The notes beneath the pieces were generated by a model, which saw only the letters and a list, made by a program, of their open reading frames with translations, was not told the DNA's origin and did not search any database. A stretch of DNA of 63,430 bases, counting the filler, from Octopus bimaculoides (taxonomy: Eukaryota): the NCBI RefSeq assembly GCF_001194135.2. It is 7 parts of 7 records of this genome, joined end to end, with 100 filler letters (N's around TTAATTAATTAA, not from the genome) between each part and the next. Parts side by side here need not be neighbours in the genome. Positions count along the whole stretch, not along the records: positions 1 to 17,610 come from NC_068999.1; 6 more parts are not named here. One strand, written 5' to 3'. The translations under genes were made by a program, and so were the position numbers. Shown piece by piece: positions 1-11,200 of this stretch; the first letter of the stretch is position 1, and every line of letters starts with the position of its first letter.

Positions 1-314
1 TAACAGAGATTCCGAATATGCAAAAATATTAACAGAATCCAATTTCATCTTTATTACTTTTCACTTATGATTTTTAGACATTTTTAAGGGAGAGTGAGGA
101 TGGGAAATTATTGACGTTTCGAACAGAGAGAAAAATACAAACAATACACTTATTTCAGGCTCATCTCTAGAGAGCCATTTTTTATTCCCTGCTTATTCTA
201 GGTCATACGGGGGTGATTGCATATTCAGAATCTCCCATATGTAAATACTAGGAATACGAAAATTATTTTACCAAATTGTCGGGGGTGGGGGTGGGGCAAA
301 GAAATTAATTGCAT

Positions 315-370
315 GCCCAACCCCGGAGGTCACCGCACGCCCAACCCCGGAGGTCACCGCACGCCACTGC
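315..370. repeat. Perfect 24-bp tandem duplication at a probable DNA-transposon terminus
   Basis: gcccaaccccggaggtcaccgcac occurs twice (315-338, 339-362). It is followed by cacgccactg, whose reverse complement CAGTGGCGTG is a common MITE TIR start. The other end is not in the window. Confidence 0.5.
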
Positions 371-540
371 TACATACATAGTTAAATAGATAGGCAGACA
401 GATAGATAGATAGTGATTGACAGACAAATAGGCAGACAGATAGACAGTGATTGACAGACAAATAGGCAGACAGACAGATAGATAAATAGATAGATAGATA
501 TTGTAAAAATGTCAAGCACCAAGGACAGTGGATAGGAAAA

Positions 541-1126
541 GAGAAACACTGGCACCCCAGGCTAAAGAAGGTCTTCACCCACGTAAGATGTTGTTATCTG
601 TTTGCTGGAATATGAAATGTCTAATCCATTTTGAACTTTTAAACCAAAACCAAATGATAACTAAGGAGATCTACTGTGAGCAGCTTGAGTGGCTTAAGTG
701 AGCGCTCGAAGAAAAACAACCATCTTTGGTTTCAAGACAAAAGGTGTTCTCCCATCAGGATAATGCTCAGCCACATACAGCGAGAATGATATTCCAAAGG
801 CTGGAGCAGTTTGAATGGGAAACGATGTCCCACCCACCATATTCATGAGACATTGCCCCATCTGATTACCATTTATTCCACAGTCTTCAAAATCATTTGG
901 ATGGAAAAAATATGAATTCTGTAGGTGAGGTCAGAACAGTACTTTAGGAGTATTTTTCATGATGAACAAGTGAATTTTGGAAGTAGGGCTTTGCAAGTCT
1001 ACCTGATAGATGGAAGAGCATTGTAGAGAATGAAGGAGAGTATATTTTAGATTAAAAAAGAACTTTATTTTAATTTTTAAAAATAAAAGTATAAAAAAAA
1101 CACATTATTTATGGGATGACCCAATA
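541..1126 (+). mobile_element. Mariner (DD34D) transposase 3' half with right TIR, decayed
   Basis: Translation gives GLHPRKMLLSVCW...IHFELL...HQDNAQPHT...HPPYS*DIAPSDYHLF, with 34 residues between the last two D and in-frame stops. Ends in ...ATGGGATGACCCAA followed by TA. Confidence 0.9.
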
Positions 1127-1129
1127 CAA

Positions 1130-1280
1130 TGGACTTCTTTTAGTGCCCATCTACCAAATTCACCCACAAGCTTGGTGCTACAGAAGAAGACATTAGCCTA
1201 AGGTGCTGAGCTGTGGGACTGAGCCTGGGACCACATGATCGGAAAGCAAGCTTCTTAACCACATGGCCATGCCAGCACAA
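1130..1280 (-). mobile_element. tRNA-derived SINE family B, 5' half (diverged)
   Basis: Reverse complement matches the head of the copies at 42843, 45040 and 53420 (ggc.tggccatgtggttaagaagcttgctt...). Confidence 0.65.
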
Positions 1281-1676
1281 ATTATTTCATGATAGAAATA
1301 GTTATTTCTAACATTGGTACAAAGCTGGAAATTTTGGCAGGAAAAGTTTGTTAGTTAAATAGTCTGCAGTACTTAACTGGTAATTTATTTTATTGATTCT
1401 CTAAAGTATGAAAGGCGAAGTTGACCTTGGCAAAATTTAAATTCATATCTAAGGGGACATGATTAAATACCTTAAGGCAGTGCCTCCCAACCTAGGCCCA
1501 CTATTACTTTCCTGAAAAATGTATGCCCCCACCAATTTGTTGGAAAAAAGCAACTTTATTTTTAATATTTTTTTCACAATTATTCAATACAAAAGAATAT
1601 ACTGGTAACTCTTTTATTAAGTACTGAGTACAAAAAAAATGCAATTTTGACTAAGAAAAATAGTGAATTATTTTAA

Positions 1677-1896
1677 CCCTTTAGCATTTAAACCAAACAT
1701 ATCTGGCCCAAAGAGTCTACCTGATTTATGTTCAAACCAGCCAGATCCAGTCTCTCAAACATATCCTACAATGTCATTCTAAAAATAAACATTCACATCA
1801 TCAAAATCTCCTAGCTATGAGATAATGCATGCTTAATTCAAAGCAATATGAATATATAAGCAATACATTTGATAGAGTAATCTGAATGCTAAATGG
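1677..1896. mobile_element. piggyBac-type MITE
   Basis: TTAA|CCCTTTAGCATT ... AATGCTAAATGG|TTAA: a 12-bp TIR with 1 mismatch, a TTAA target duplication and no ORF. Confidence 0.75.
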
Positions 1897-1919
1897 TTAA
1901 TGAGAATCTTGTGCCTGGT

Positions 1920-3190
1920 GACTACAGCATCACACCACAAGTAAATTAGTGAAAATATCTGGAAAATTAAATTACATATATTTTATTACTCAGTGTATAA
2001 TCTCAAACCATGAGAAGAGAAGGCCTCATGGTGTCCTATTATAATGGGAGTGTTGTAACTGAAAGGGTGTTCGATTACTTATAATCTAGGTGGGACATGT
2101 TAAATGTGAATTAATAGAAAGAATGAGGATCTATAAAATAAATGATAAAAGGATATGATGATACTGTAAATATATTAATTTATTTAAGTGAGCTTATATG
2201 ATGTCTAAATTATATGTTAGTGAGAATCAGGGGTAATTGCGTTACTGCAATTAGCCTAGTTGTAAAACTTGAATGATTTAAAAAATTGACGGACACATGT
2301 ACTTTCCAGCTATTCCAGTGGACTTTTCAGTTGTCTACAGTGGACTATATCGTGATGATGCACTCCTGGTTACCACTGGTCTCTCCAAACCAGCTCTTGA
2401 TAAAATCGGAAAGACCCTGAATAAGTTTTTTGCCAATTTTAGCCTGTTTCATTTGAGAATATCAATAAAATAGCCAATTTCCTTGATGTAACATTAGATT
2501 TAAATTCTTCCTTATACTCCTTGTTCAATAAGCCTAATGAATATCTAAAATATATCAATGTCTATTCCAATCCCCATAGATCTGTGTTAATAGTGTAATT
2601 AAGGGTATCTCTATTAGAATTTCTGATCTGTTCACAATGGAGGAAATATTCAATAACCATGCCACCTATTATAATCAAGCACTTACTGCAAGTGGTCTCT
2701 TACAAAAAATAAAATTTTTGTCTAATACTAAGCTAGCTCAGTTACATCCTAATCCTCCACACCCTGAACAACAATTATGATACAATTATGATACCCCAAA
2801 TCTTTACAAGCAACATATCCAACTGTCTCTCCCACACCCCTAAACTACACATACAAAATGTATCCTTGTGGATAGAATTGCATCCCTAACACTCACAAGG
2901 AAGCTAAACTCTGCACTTCCCCAGATTGCCTAATAAAGGTGTTTTTTTTTTTATCAAAGTCACCTCCCACTCCACCTGCTTCTTAAATGTTAAGAGCCTG
3001 CCTGAGCAATTCTGTGCCATTATCAATTCTCACTAATATACAAGAGGTCATTTAATTAAAATAGTATATCTAGTACCATCATATCCTTTTATCCTTTATT
3101 TTATAGTTCCTCATCCTTTCCACTAATTCATATTTAACATGTCCCACCTAGATTATAACTAATTGAATACCCTCTCAATTACAACACACA
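1920..3190 (+). mobile_element. Penelope-like retroelement remnant with inverted terminal segment
   Basis: Translation around 2330-2700 gives GLYRDDALLV and LDVTLDLN...NKPNEYLKYINVYSN...EEIFNNHATYYNQAL (PLE RT). Segment 2050-2164 is an inverted copy of 3072-3187. Confidence 0.75.
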
Positions 3191-3221
3191 CACACACACA
3201 CACTCTCTCTCTCTCTCTCTC

Positions 3222-4101
3222 TAGGGTGCAGTGAATATATTGTCGTCTAAATTATGCAAAAATGAAAATAACACTGACTTCTCATTTTAACAGATATATT
3301 TACCAAAATTATATTAAAATATCTTGAAATACTAAAGAGTAAATTTATTCAATAAAATCGCCATTGGCTTCAACCACAGCCTCCAGACGACTCTTGCAAC
3401 TCTCCTGGATGGTCTCCTTGTTTAAGCTGGTCAATGCTGCCATAATCCTTGCCTTCAGTTCATCTTTGGTATTACGAGGAGTTCTGTTGGTCTCTCACTC
3501 AACTGCACCCCACACATAATAATCAAGGGGGTTGCAGTCTGAGGAGTTAGGTGGCCAAATGTTAGGGGTGATGTGGTTGCAGAAATTGTCTGAAAGCCAT
3601 GACTGGGCTGTCCTGCTTGTGTGGCATGGTACAGAGTCCTGTTGCCAGACACAGGGTCTTCCAGTAGCCACTCTCTTGGCCCAGGGCAGCACTACCTCCT
3701 CCAGGCATTTGATGTAGGCTACTGTGTTGAATCTGAGGCCGTGTGGGAAGATGAATGGAGGCATAACGTCATCATCACTAGTGATCACTCCACACACCAT
3801 GATGTTGACTGGATGTTTGGTTTTTATCCCTCTCAGTAAATGTCTTCAGATTGCACTGTCCTCAGACTGACACCCAACCACTCTGAAATGTTCATGTTGG
3901 AGCTTCCAGTGCAAATGCCAAGCAGTACAGCATGTCATTTCCAAATTTCTGGCAGAGTGAATTATGTCATGGTGCTGTTTTTCTCATAGATGGTGCCCAA
4001 TTGACCCTACTATACTGAGTAGCCAACAAAATCAAAGACAAACAATGTGCATGTGTGAAATTAAAAATATAAAATGGCAACAATTCACCCATCACACCCT
4101 G
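3222..4101 (-). mobile_element. maT-family (DD37D) Tc1/mariner element, internally deleted
   Basis: ORF 3495-3800 contains WQQDSVPCH...WPPNSSDCNPLDYYVWG, with 37 residues between the two D. Imperfect TIRs TAGGGTG... and ...CACCCTG|TA. Confidence 0.85.
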
Positions 4102-4419
4102 TATGTATATATATATATATATATATATATGGATAGATAGATAGATAGGAAATATTTTACTCTCAAATGCACAATAATAATGCTGAATAGCATGAATAGG
4201 ATAGAACATCCTTATATTGCTGGCTGGTAACAAAACTTTTTTGGCAATATAAAGATGTTCCATCCTATTTATTCTATTCAGCATTATTATTATGCTTTTG
4301 AGAGTAAAATATTTCCATATTTCAATACACCTCAATGCTTCTAAAAAGGCAAACTTTGTTTGTTTACATACATCGTAATTTTATATATATATTTATATAC
4401 ACACACACACAAATATGAT

Positions 4420-5480
4420 GGACTCTCATGTCAGTTTTGACATATGAGGATCCAACAACCTACACTTTTTTTGTCAGTTATAATGCTTATGCCAAATGTG
4501 ACATTTGAGTCCCACAAATAATTTGCAAAAGAAGCCTACAGATGTTGAAGTACGAGGATTACAGGTCAGTGCAGGTGGTATAGTTGCAGCCACTTTTCTC
4601 CTTTGCCTTGCACCACTAAGTCTGTTAATGCACCACTAAGCCTGTTAATGCACCTCTAAACCTTTTGTACCATTTTCACATGGTTTTCTCTATTTTGTTC
4701 GTTCCGAGGCTGTTTCAAAGGTGTCGTGAGCTATATTGACTGCTGAGCGGTTACTCTTCAGCTTGTCCTTATATCTGATCCAGAGTTGGTCAACATTCCT
4801 GTGCCCATTATCAAGCTGGCTGTACATGAAGACTTTGGGTATTCTTTTGTCACTCAACTCATTCAATGCAGGTACTTACACAAAAGGTACAGTGTGGTAG
4901 CAGGCTGGATGAACTGAGCTCACAGGCCAGATCCAGCCCACAGGTTGTAGTTTGGTGACCCCTGGTGTATTCCATTCCCAAGAAGAGTAACATCTCTGAT
5001 CCTGCCATCAATTTCTTCATATTACCCTCACATCTAATATCTTAAAGAGTAAGAAAAACCTCATAAACAAGCTCCTTCATCAAATTGAGCACCTATTTCC
5101 TTAGTAGCCACCTCAACAGTTTCCATAGAACCGTATCTATGGAAATTTGATCCTTCTATGTTATACATCTGTGGCCATTCATCCTTCAGAATTTCAGTAA
5201 AAGTAATGTTGTTCCACTTTTGTTTTCTGCTATATGGAACCAAGCATTCTCATGCAGATGAAATCAAACGCTTTCATTCCTCCTTAACTTTCTGCACACA
5301 GGAACTATCCTCATAAAAGTTAAACAGTTATCAAGCCAGACTTGCAACTGTTTCCACGAACAGAGACCTTCAAAGCATCCTCACCTCCCAAGTGGGATAT
5401 AGTATCTTGTCTCCTTCAACTGTACCAAAACACTCACTGCACATATGAAGGAAACAGCATTACACTACATACTCTTTATA
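4420..5480 (-). mobile_element. Highly decayed non-LTR retrotransposon remnant, possibly RLE-type
   Basis: Broken frames with weak resemblance to the C-terminal region of RLE LINEs (KWNNITFTEILKDEW...NFHRYG). Many stops; the clade call is tentative. Confidence 0.3.
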
Positions 5481-5639
5481 TATGATTTAACCAGTCACAA
5501 TACTTAGGTGGTAAAGTACTGGGTATCGATCAAATAACTATGTATATCTGTATACCAACCAGTCTGTGTCATTATGAACTTGTCATTTACCCAACATGCA
5601 ACACAGTAACAACGCAAACCCACAATAGGGATTGAAGCT

Positions 5640-6020
5640 GTAAACTTAGGGATGCTAACGTAAGGAGGAAATTGTAAACACTCGTTGTTGTAAACAGTGT
5701 TATAACATATAAGTATTAAGCCGTCACGTACTAAAATGTTTCTATACGTCTCTCTCGAAAATTCTGCGATAATAAAACTAATTAACCGAAGAACAAAAAT
5801 TAGTCTCCCTCAAGAAAGCTTTGATTAGACGTGACCAATCGATCATCGACTGGGAGCGATTCAAAAAGAGGCTCTGTATTGTTATCAATGACTTACTGCT
5901 GGCGTCACTAACCAACGTTATTGTTGACAGCTTTTTTATCTCCAGCATTTAGTCTACTGTGGTTGTGATTTAAACAGAAAAAAAAATAATCACATATACT
6001 ATATACATTTACATATAATA
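5640..6020 (+). promoter_or_regulatory. Probable promoter / 5' UTR of the MSL2-like gene
   Basis: Unique, CpG-enriched sequence directly upstream of the ATG. Contains three TGTAAAC forkhead-like motifs and a CCAAT box (gaccaatc, about 5833). Confidence 0.45.
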
Positions 6021-7037
6021 ATGAATGCCGTCCGATTATATTTAACAACATGCCGATATGTGATGCAAGCAGAAGAATGTGTGGCCGACTTATATCGCTT
6101 GCTGCCCTATCTTCGACAGGCCCTGTCTTGTTGTGTCTGTGGTCAGTTACTCCGGCGACCTTGCGGACCAGAGCCTAACGTTTGTCAACATTTTGTTTGT
6201 ACCGGCTGTGTTGGCGGTAAAATGAACTTAAAGCCTTCGTGTAGTTGGTGCAAAGACTCGTCGCTGTTTGTCGAAAACACGCAGATTTGGATCTTGGTAC
6301 ATTGTTTTAAAAAGCTATGCGAATATCTCAACAATTCACGATTCGTACGCGAACTTCAACAACCGAGTGGGAACGGCGAAACAAATGGTTTGGTGCTGCT
6401 GGTTCAGGAAGCCATGGCCTTCGATGACAACTACGCCTCATCCATCGAAGAAAAGCTATCGACTATCCCATCTCTCACTACGTTCAGTCTCAAAAGAAAA
6501 GAACATCCGTCTTGTGATTTTCTTAATGCCGACGTATGCCTTAAAACCCCACCAACACCTTTTCACACATCTCATCGTTCAATTAAACAGGAGCCAGACT
6601 CTCATACTGCTGCTACTACTACTGTTCAACATTGCCGCGTTGGCGCTGAAGAACTGGACAAAGTTGCCGAAAAGCTATCTAACGAGTGCAAAGGCGGCCA
6701 AACTATTAATAACAGTAGCAGTAGTGGCAATAAAAGAGAGGCAGTGTCAGTTAGGTGCCCGGTCGAGAGAAAGAAACGGTCGTTATGGAACAGTCGCGGG
6801 GAACTGGCTTGCTTGTCTGTCAATTGCAATGATGAGGACGATGAAGGATCCAGTTCAGAAATCGACTTACAACCTTCCAGTTCTCCTTGTAAAAAGTTCT
6901 GCTCTGACGAGGATAACACTAACAACCAATCGTCTAGTAAGAAATCGAAAGTGGACAACAGTAGACGCTCCAGTTGGAGTGGGATTATCGAAGCTGTTCA
7001 CAAACACCGTTTGATCTCAACCTCTGGTCATTCATAA
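6021..7037 (+). CDS. MSL2: MSL2-family RING finger E3 ubiquitin ligase (male-specific lethal 2 homolog), single ORF of 338 aa, CXC domain not present
   Basis: The N-terminus MNAVRLYLTTCRYVMQ...DLYRLLPYLRQALSCCVCGQLL...CQHFVCTGCVGGKMNLKPSCSWCK...ENTQIWILVHCFKKLCEYL is the diagnostic MSL2 RING region. The remainder is Ser/acidic low-complexity sequence. Confidence 0.93.
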   Translation: MNAVRLYLTTCRYVMQAEECVADLYRLLPYLRQALSCCVCGQLLRRPCGPEPNVCQHFVCTGCVGGKMNLKPSCSWCKDSSLFVENTQIWILVHCFKKLCEYLNNSRFVRELQQPSGNGETNGLVLLVQEAMAFDDNYASSIEEKLSTIPSLTTFSLKRKEHPSCDFLNADVCLKTPPTPFHTSHRSIKQEPDSHTAATTTVQHCRVGAEELDKVAEKLSNECKGGQTINNSSSSGNKREAVSVRCPVERKKRSLWNSRGELACLSVNCNDEDDEGSSSEIDLQPSSSPCKKFCSDEDNTNNQSSSKKSKVDNSRRSSWSGIIEAVHKHRLISTSGHS

Positions 7038-8520
7038 ATACAAAAAAAAAAAAGAAAAAAAATAGAAAAAGAGATGAATTCTCTTATTTTTAGCCATCCC
7101 CTCCATTTGTCTTCTCTATTTTTCTATTTCTACTCTTTCACTCTTTTTTTAAAATTAGGTTTGGTATTTAATTAAACCTCAGTGACAGGCTGAGGGTGTC
7201 GAGACAACAACAATCACTACTATTATTGCTGCTACTTCTATTTAATCACTTCCTGTGATTGCTCGTTATTCCTTGACACTTTCACTTTCTGCTATCTCGG
7301 TGCCTTCTTTTTCATTATACTCTTGCCTTGCGGCATTATTAACACATGACAAAGATTTTTGTTAAAGTGTTACCTCACAGGCTGGCATTCATTAGCTTAT
7401 ACACGAGTTATTTATTTTGTATTTTCATCACCCGGCAGTGTTTGTGTGTTAGGTGGTTTACGTAGCTGCTTGTTTATCTCTACACACATACACACAATCG
7501 AATGTTGAAGCGACGGAAGCTGCGCGAAAAAAAAAAACAAAACAAAAAAAAACGTGCTGATAGGAAAAAGTTGTGTAAATATGACCCGGGTGGGAATGGT
7601 GGTGGTGGTGAAGGTAAACGAGTTCTGTCAGTGGTGTCGGGTAATAAATAAAGATGGTCAAGAAAGTCTGAGGTATAAATAGGTGAGACGATGTCTGCTA
7701 GAGTAACATTCTATATCGGTCATATAGGAACAAGCGGAAAACAAAACTTTAAAATGTATGGGGACGGAAGCAGGGGATAATTGTGAAACCCGCATTTCGT
7801 TTCTCTTCCCTCTTTACATGTTTATGAGAAAGTCATGAACATTGCACGATCTCATTTCCTATACACTATAATTCCGAGGCCTTGTGCTCATGTAAAGAAA
7901 ATGTCTTTACTAATTAAACTATATTGTTGTTGAGCGGTTTAATTAGCGTCTGTGTGTATACTCTGATAGTCTATGCCTTTTTTTCTTCTTATGATCAATA
8001 GTATACTGTTTGTGATGATCCCGTCCTTTTTTTTTTAAAATAATGAAAATAATTATATTTATTTGAATTTATAGTTACAGTATACTTAATTACATGGATT
8101 TTCCATATTAAAACATAAATTCAAAACAAGAAAATATAATCATGAGCGAAGAAAAAAGAAAGAAAAAAAAAACAATTCGACACCAAGTGCATCAATCGGT
8201 CGCACACCAGAAGGGTCAAAGGAACTTATAGAAGAAAGTGAACACGCTCGCGGCATTACCGCAGGCAATAGCCAGGCTAAGGGCACCGAAACAGCCAAGT
8301 ACCCTCACGGGCATCACCTGACACCTTGATAAGGCGAGTCACCAATGATGACAAAAACTTCGTTGTCAGCGACCCAGCTCCTCCAGGCTTCATAATTCTT
8401 AATTAAAAATTCATTAAATCGGTGCCAACAACGGACGAATATGGTGAGAAATCTGGGACGAAGAATCTAATAATTTATGTTTATTAATTATTGTTATTTA
8501 TTTTCCTGTTCTCTTAATGT

Positions 8521-8534
8521 CGCGCGCACACGCG

Positions 8535-8591
<57 letters not shown>
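8521..8591. repeat. Alternating purine-pyrimidine tract, (CG)/(CA)n
   Basis: cgcgcgcacacgcgcacgca followed by (CA)n, directly visible. Confidence 0.95.
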
Positions 8592-8594
<3 letters not shown>

Positions 8595-9135
8595 CCTGCA
8601 AACGGAAACAAGATTTCATACGTTAATATCTGGTTTTAATTAGAGAGAATTAGTGTAAATATTCTCCTGTATGTACTCTCACTCTATATGTATACATGCA
8701 TGTGTATAAATATATACATTTTATATAAATATATTTGTTTATATATAAATATATATGTATGTATGATAGATATATGAGATATATATACATCTATATGACA
8801 TGCATGTATAGGCATATGTATACATATGCGCACACGTATATATACATATATATAAATGTATATTATATGTGATTATATGTATGGATGTGTGTGTATATAA
8901 TATATATGCACATACATACATGATTCTGACTAAAAGTTCCTGTTAATCAACTAAATGTATTTAAACTGGCAGATAAGAGATTAAGATAAAGAAGGGCAGT
9001 CAGTTTTAGCTGCTTTATGAAAATGCCTGAGAGAAAGGCATGAATATCATAATTTGAGGTATCATATCTTATCCAAGAAGACAGATTTATTCCTCTTCTC
9101 TTGTCCTTGTGGCAAAATCAAGAGATTATTATTAA

Positions 9136-9571
9136 GGTGGCGAGCTGGCAGAATCGTTAGCAGTATTTCATTTGTCATTACGTTCTGATTTCAAATTCTG
9201 CCGAGGTCAACTTTGCCTTTCATCCTTTCGGGATTGATAAATTAAGTACCAGTGAAACACTGGAGGTCAATGTAATTGACTAGTCCCCTTCTCCCCAGAT
9301 TTCAGGCCTTGTGCCTTTAGTAGAAAGGATTATTATTATTATTGAGGTGGCTAGCTGGCAGAATCGTTAGCACTCCGGACTGAATGCTTAGCAGCATTTC
9401 GTCTGTCTTTATGTTCTGAGTTCAAATACCACCGAGGTACTTTGCTTATCATCTTTTTGTGGGGTCATTGAAATAAGCAGTGGTCATGTACTGGGGTTGA
9501 TAAAATCAACTTTCCCTTCCCCTCAAAATTTCAGGCTTTGTGCCTATAATAGAAAGGATTACTACTACTAC

Positions 9572-9606
<35 letters not shown>

Positions 9607-11200
9607 CGCTGAGATTGTCTTTCATCTTTTCAGGGTCAATAAATTAGGTATCAGTTGTGTACTGGGTTGATCTAATCAACTGGCCTGCTCCCCACTAAAT
9701 TTCAGGCCTTGTGCCTATAGCAGAAAGGATTATTATTCTTATTCTTATTGACTCCAGCACCAACCAAGTCAATGTAACGGACTAACCCCTCCCCTCAAAA
9801 ATTATTGGCCTCATGCCTATATTAAAAGCCATTATTATTATTATTATTGAGAGTGTTAGATGGAGGAATTGGTTAATGAACCAAACAAATAACATGCAGT
9901 ATTTGGTTAAGTGCCTTTACATTTTGGGTTCAAATCCCACAAGGATTAATTAATATAATAAATACCAATCAAGTACTGAATTCAACTAGATTGCTCCTAC
10001 CACTTTTCCCAGAATGTGTGGCCTTGTGCCAATCCTTAAGTGACTAACTCTTCACCACAAAATTGCTGGTAAGTTCTCTTGGAGAACTGAACCGTGTGCA
10101 CTGGATTTCAGTTCTCACACGGAACGGCTTCATTTTGAGTTGCTAATATCTTTGAAGAAGAGTACGTCTGTTACAGCTTCTTGTTTCCTTTTATTTATGA
10201 TTCTGAGGTGTTACTTCTATTTAGAGGAAATTATTGCTGGTAGATTGATGAAATTAGTAGAGCATTGGACAAAAATGCCTTGCAGTACTTAGGCATGTCT
10301 CTGTGTTTTGAGTTTAAATCCCTCTGAAGTTAAATTTTCCTTTTGGATAAAAGGATTTCTGGGTCCATAGAATAAGGGTAAGGGTAAAGACCTCCTTTGG
10401 TCATGAATGACTATGGGATTGCAACTAGAAAGTTCCTCTCTGAGGCACAAGTCCAGGCAAAGTTGTTGGTGGAAGACCAGCAGTTGCCCATGCATACCAG
10501 TCTCCCCTCTCCATGCCACAGATGTTGTCCAAGCGAAAGGCAAAAGCTGATACAGCTTGGCACCGGTGATGTTGCAACTCATTTCTCCTGCTGAGTGGAC
10601 TGGAGCAACATAAAGTGTCTTGCTCAAGAACACAACATGCAGCCTGGTCTGGGATTTGAACTCACAATCTCATGATTGTGAGCCTGATGCTCTAACTTCT
10701 GAGTCAAGCGTCTTCAGATAGAAAAATATGGAACACCTCATGAATTTGCATGTCATCCTTGCATGGGCCATGCTAAACCTCTCTGTGTCATTCCAATTTT
10801 TAGTATATGTACTGCTGAAGCTAGTAAAATAAATATGAGGTCCATTTAATTTATTGTTTCCTACCATCAAAATTTCTGTCCTTGTTCCTATATTATTGAA
10901 TTTTACATAAAGTACCAGTTTATATTATTGACTGTGAGGGTTGATGCAATTGGTTATACTCCTATCCTGAAGTTTATGGCCTTGTGCCTATGTTTAAATT
11001 GTTAGAGCTTTGGGGAAAATACCACTTTATGGTATTTTTTTGGCTCTTTACATTCTGAGTTCAAATCCTGCTAAGGTCAACTTTGCCTTTCATCCCTTCA
11101 GGATCGATAAAATAAAGTATCAGTCAAGTACTGGTGTTTATGTAATCAACAATGTTCCCTTTCCTCAAAATTACTGGCCTTGTGCCTGAATTAGAAACTG
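9136..11200 (+). mobile_element. Cluster of same-orientation tRNA-derived SINE family A copies (MetaSINE-like core) with (ATT)n tails
   Basis: Repeated units GGTGGCGAGCTGGCAGAATCGTTAG...GTTCAAAT...GAGGTCAACTTTGCCTTTCATCCTTTCGGG..GATAAATTAAGTACCAG...GGCCTTGTGCC...AGAAAGG(ATT)n, at 9136, 9345, 9605, 9750, about 9850, about 10230, about 10890 and about 11010. Confidence 0.85.
10480..10700 (-). mobile_element. tRNA-derived SINE family D
   Basis: Reverse complement contains a B-box-like GAGTTCAAATCCC and GTGTTCTTGAGCAAGACACTT, and matches the copy at 28655-28860. Confidence 0.7.

Noticed and set aside
6903-6950. CTGACGA...GAAA hammerhead-like cores
   Set aside because: They lie inside the MSL2 CDS, and stem II does not pair beyond one or two bases.
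6268-7014. 248-codon open +1 frame overlapping MSL2
   Set aside because: It starts at TTG and shows no homology. The main frame is poor in Leu/Val/Ile/Met codons here, which suppresses +1-frame stops.
7040-7330. U-rich tracts in the MSL2 3' region as Sxl-type binding sites
   Set aside because: The tracts are short and interrupted, and are expected in AT-rich UTRs. There is no basis for assuming fly-like regulation.
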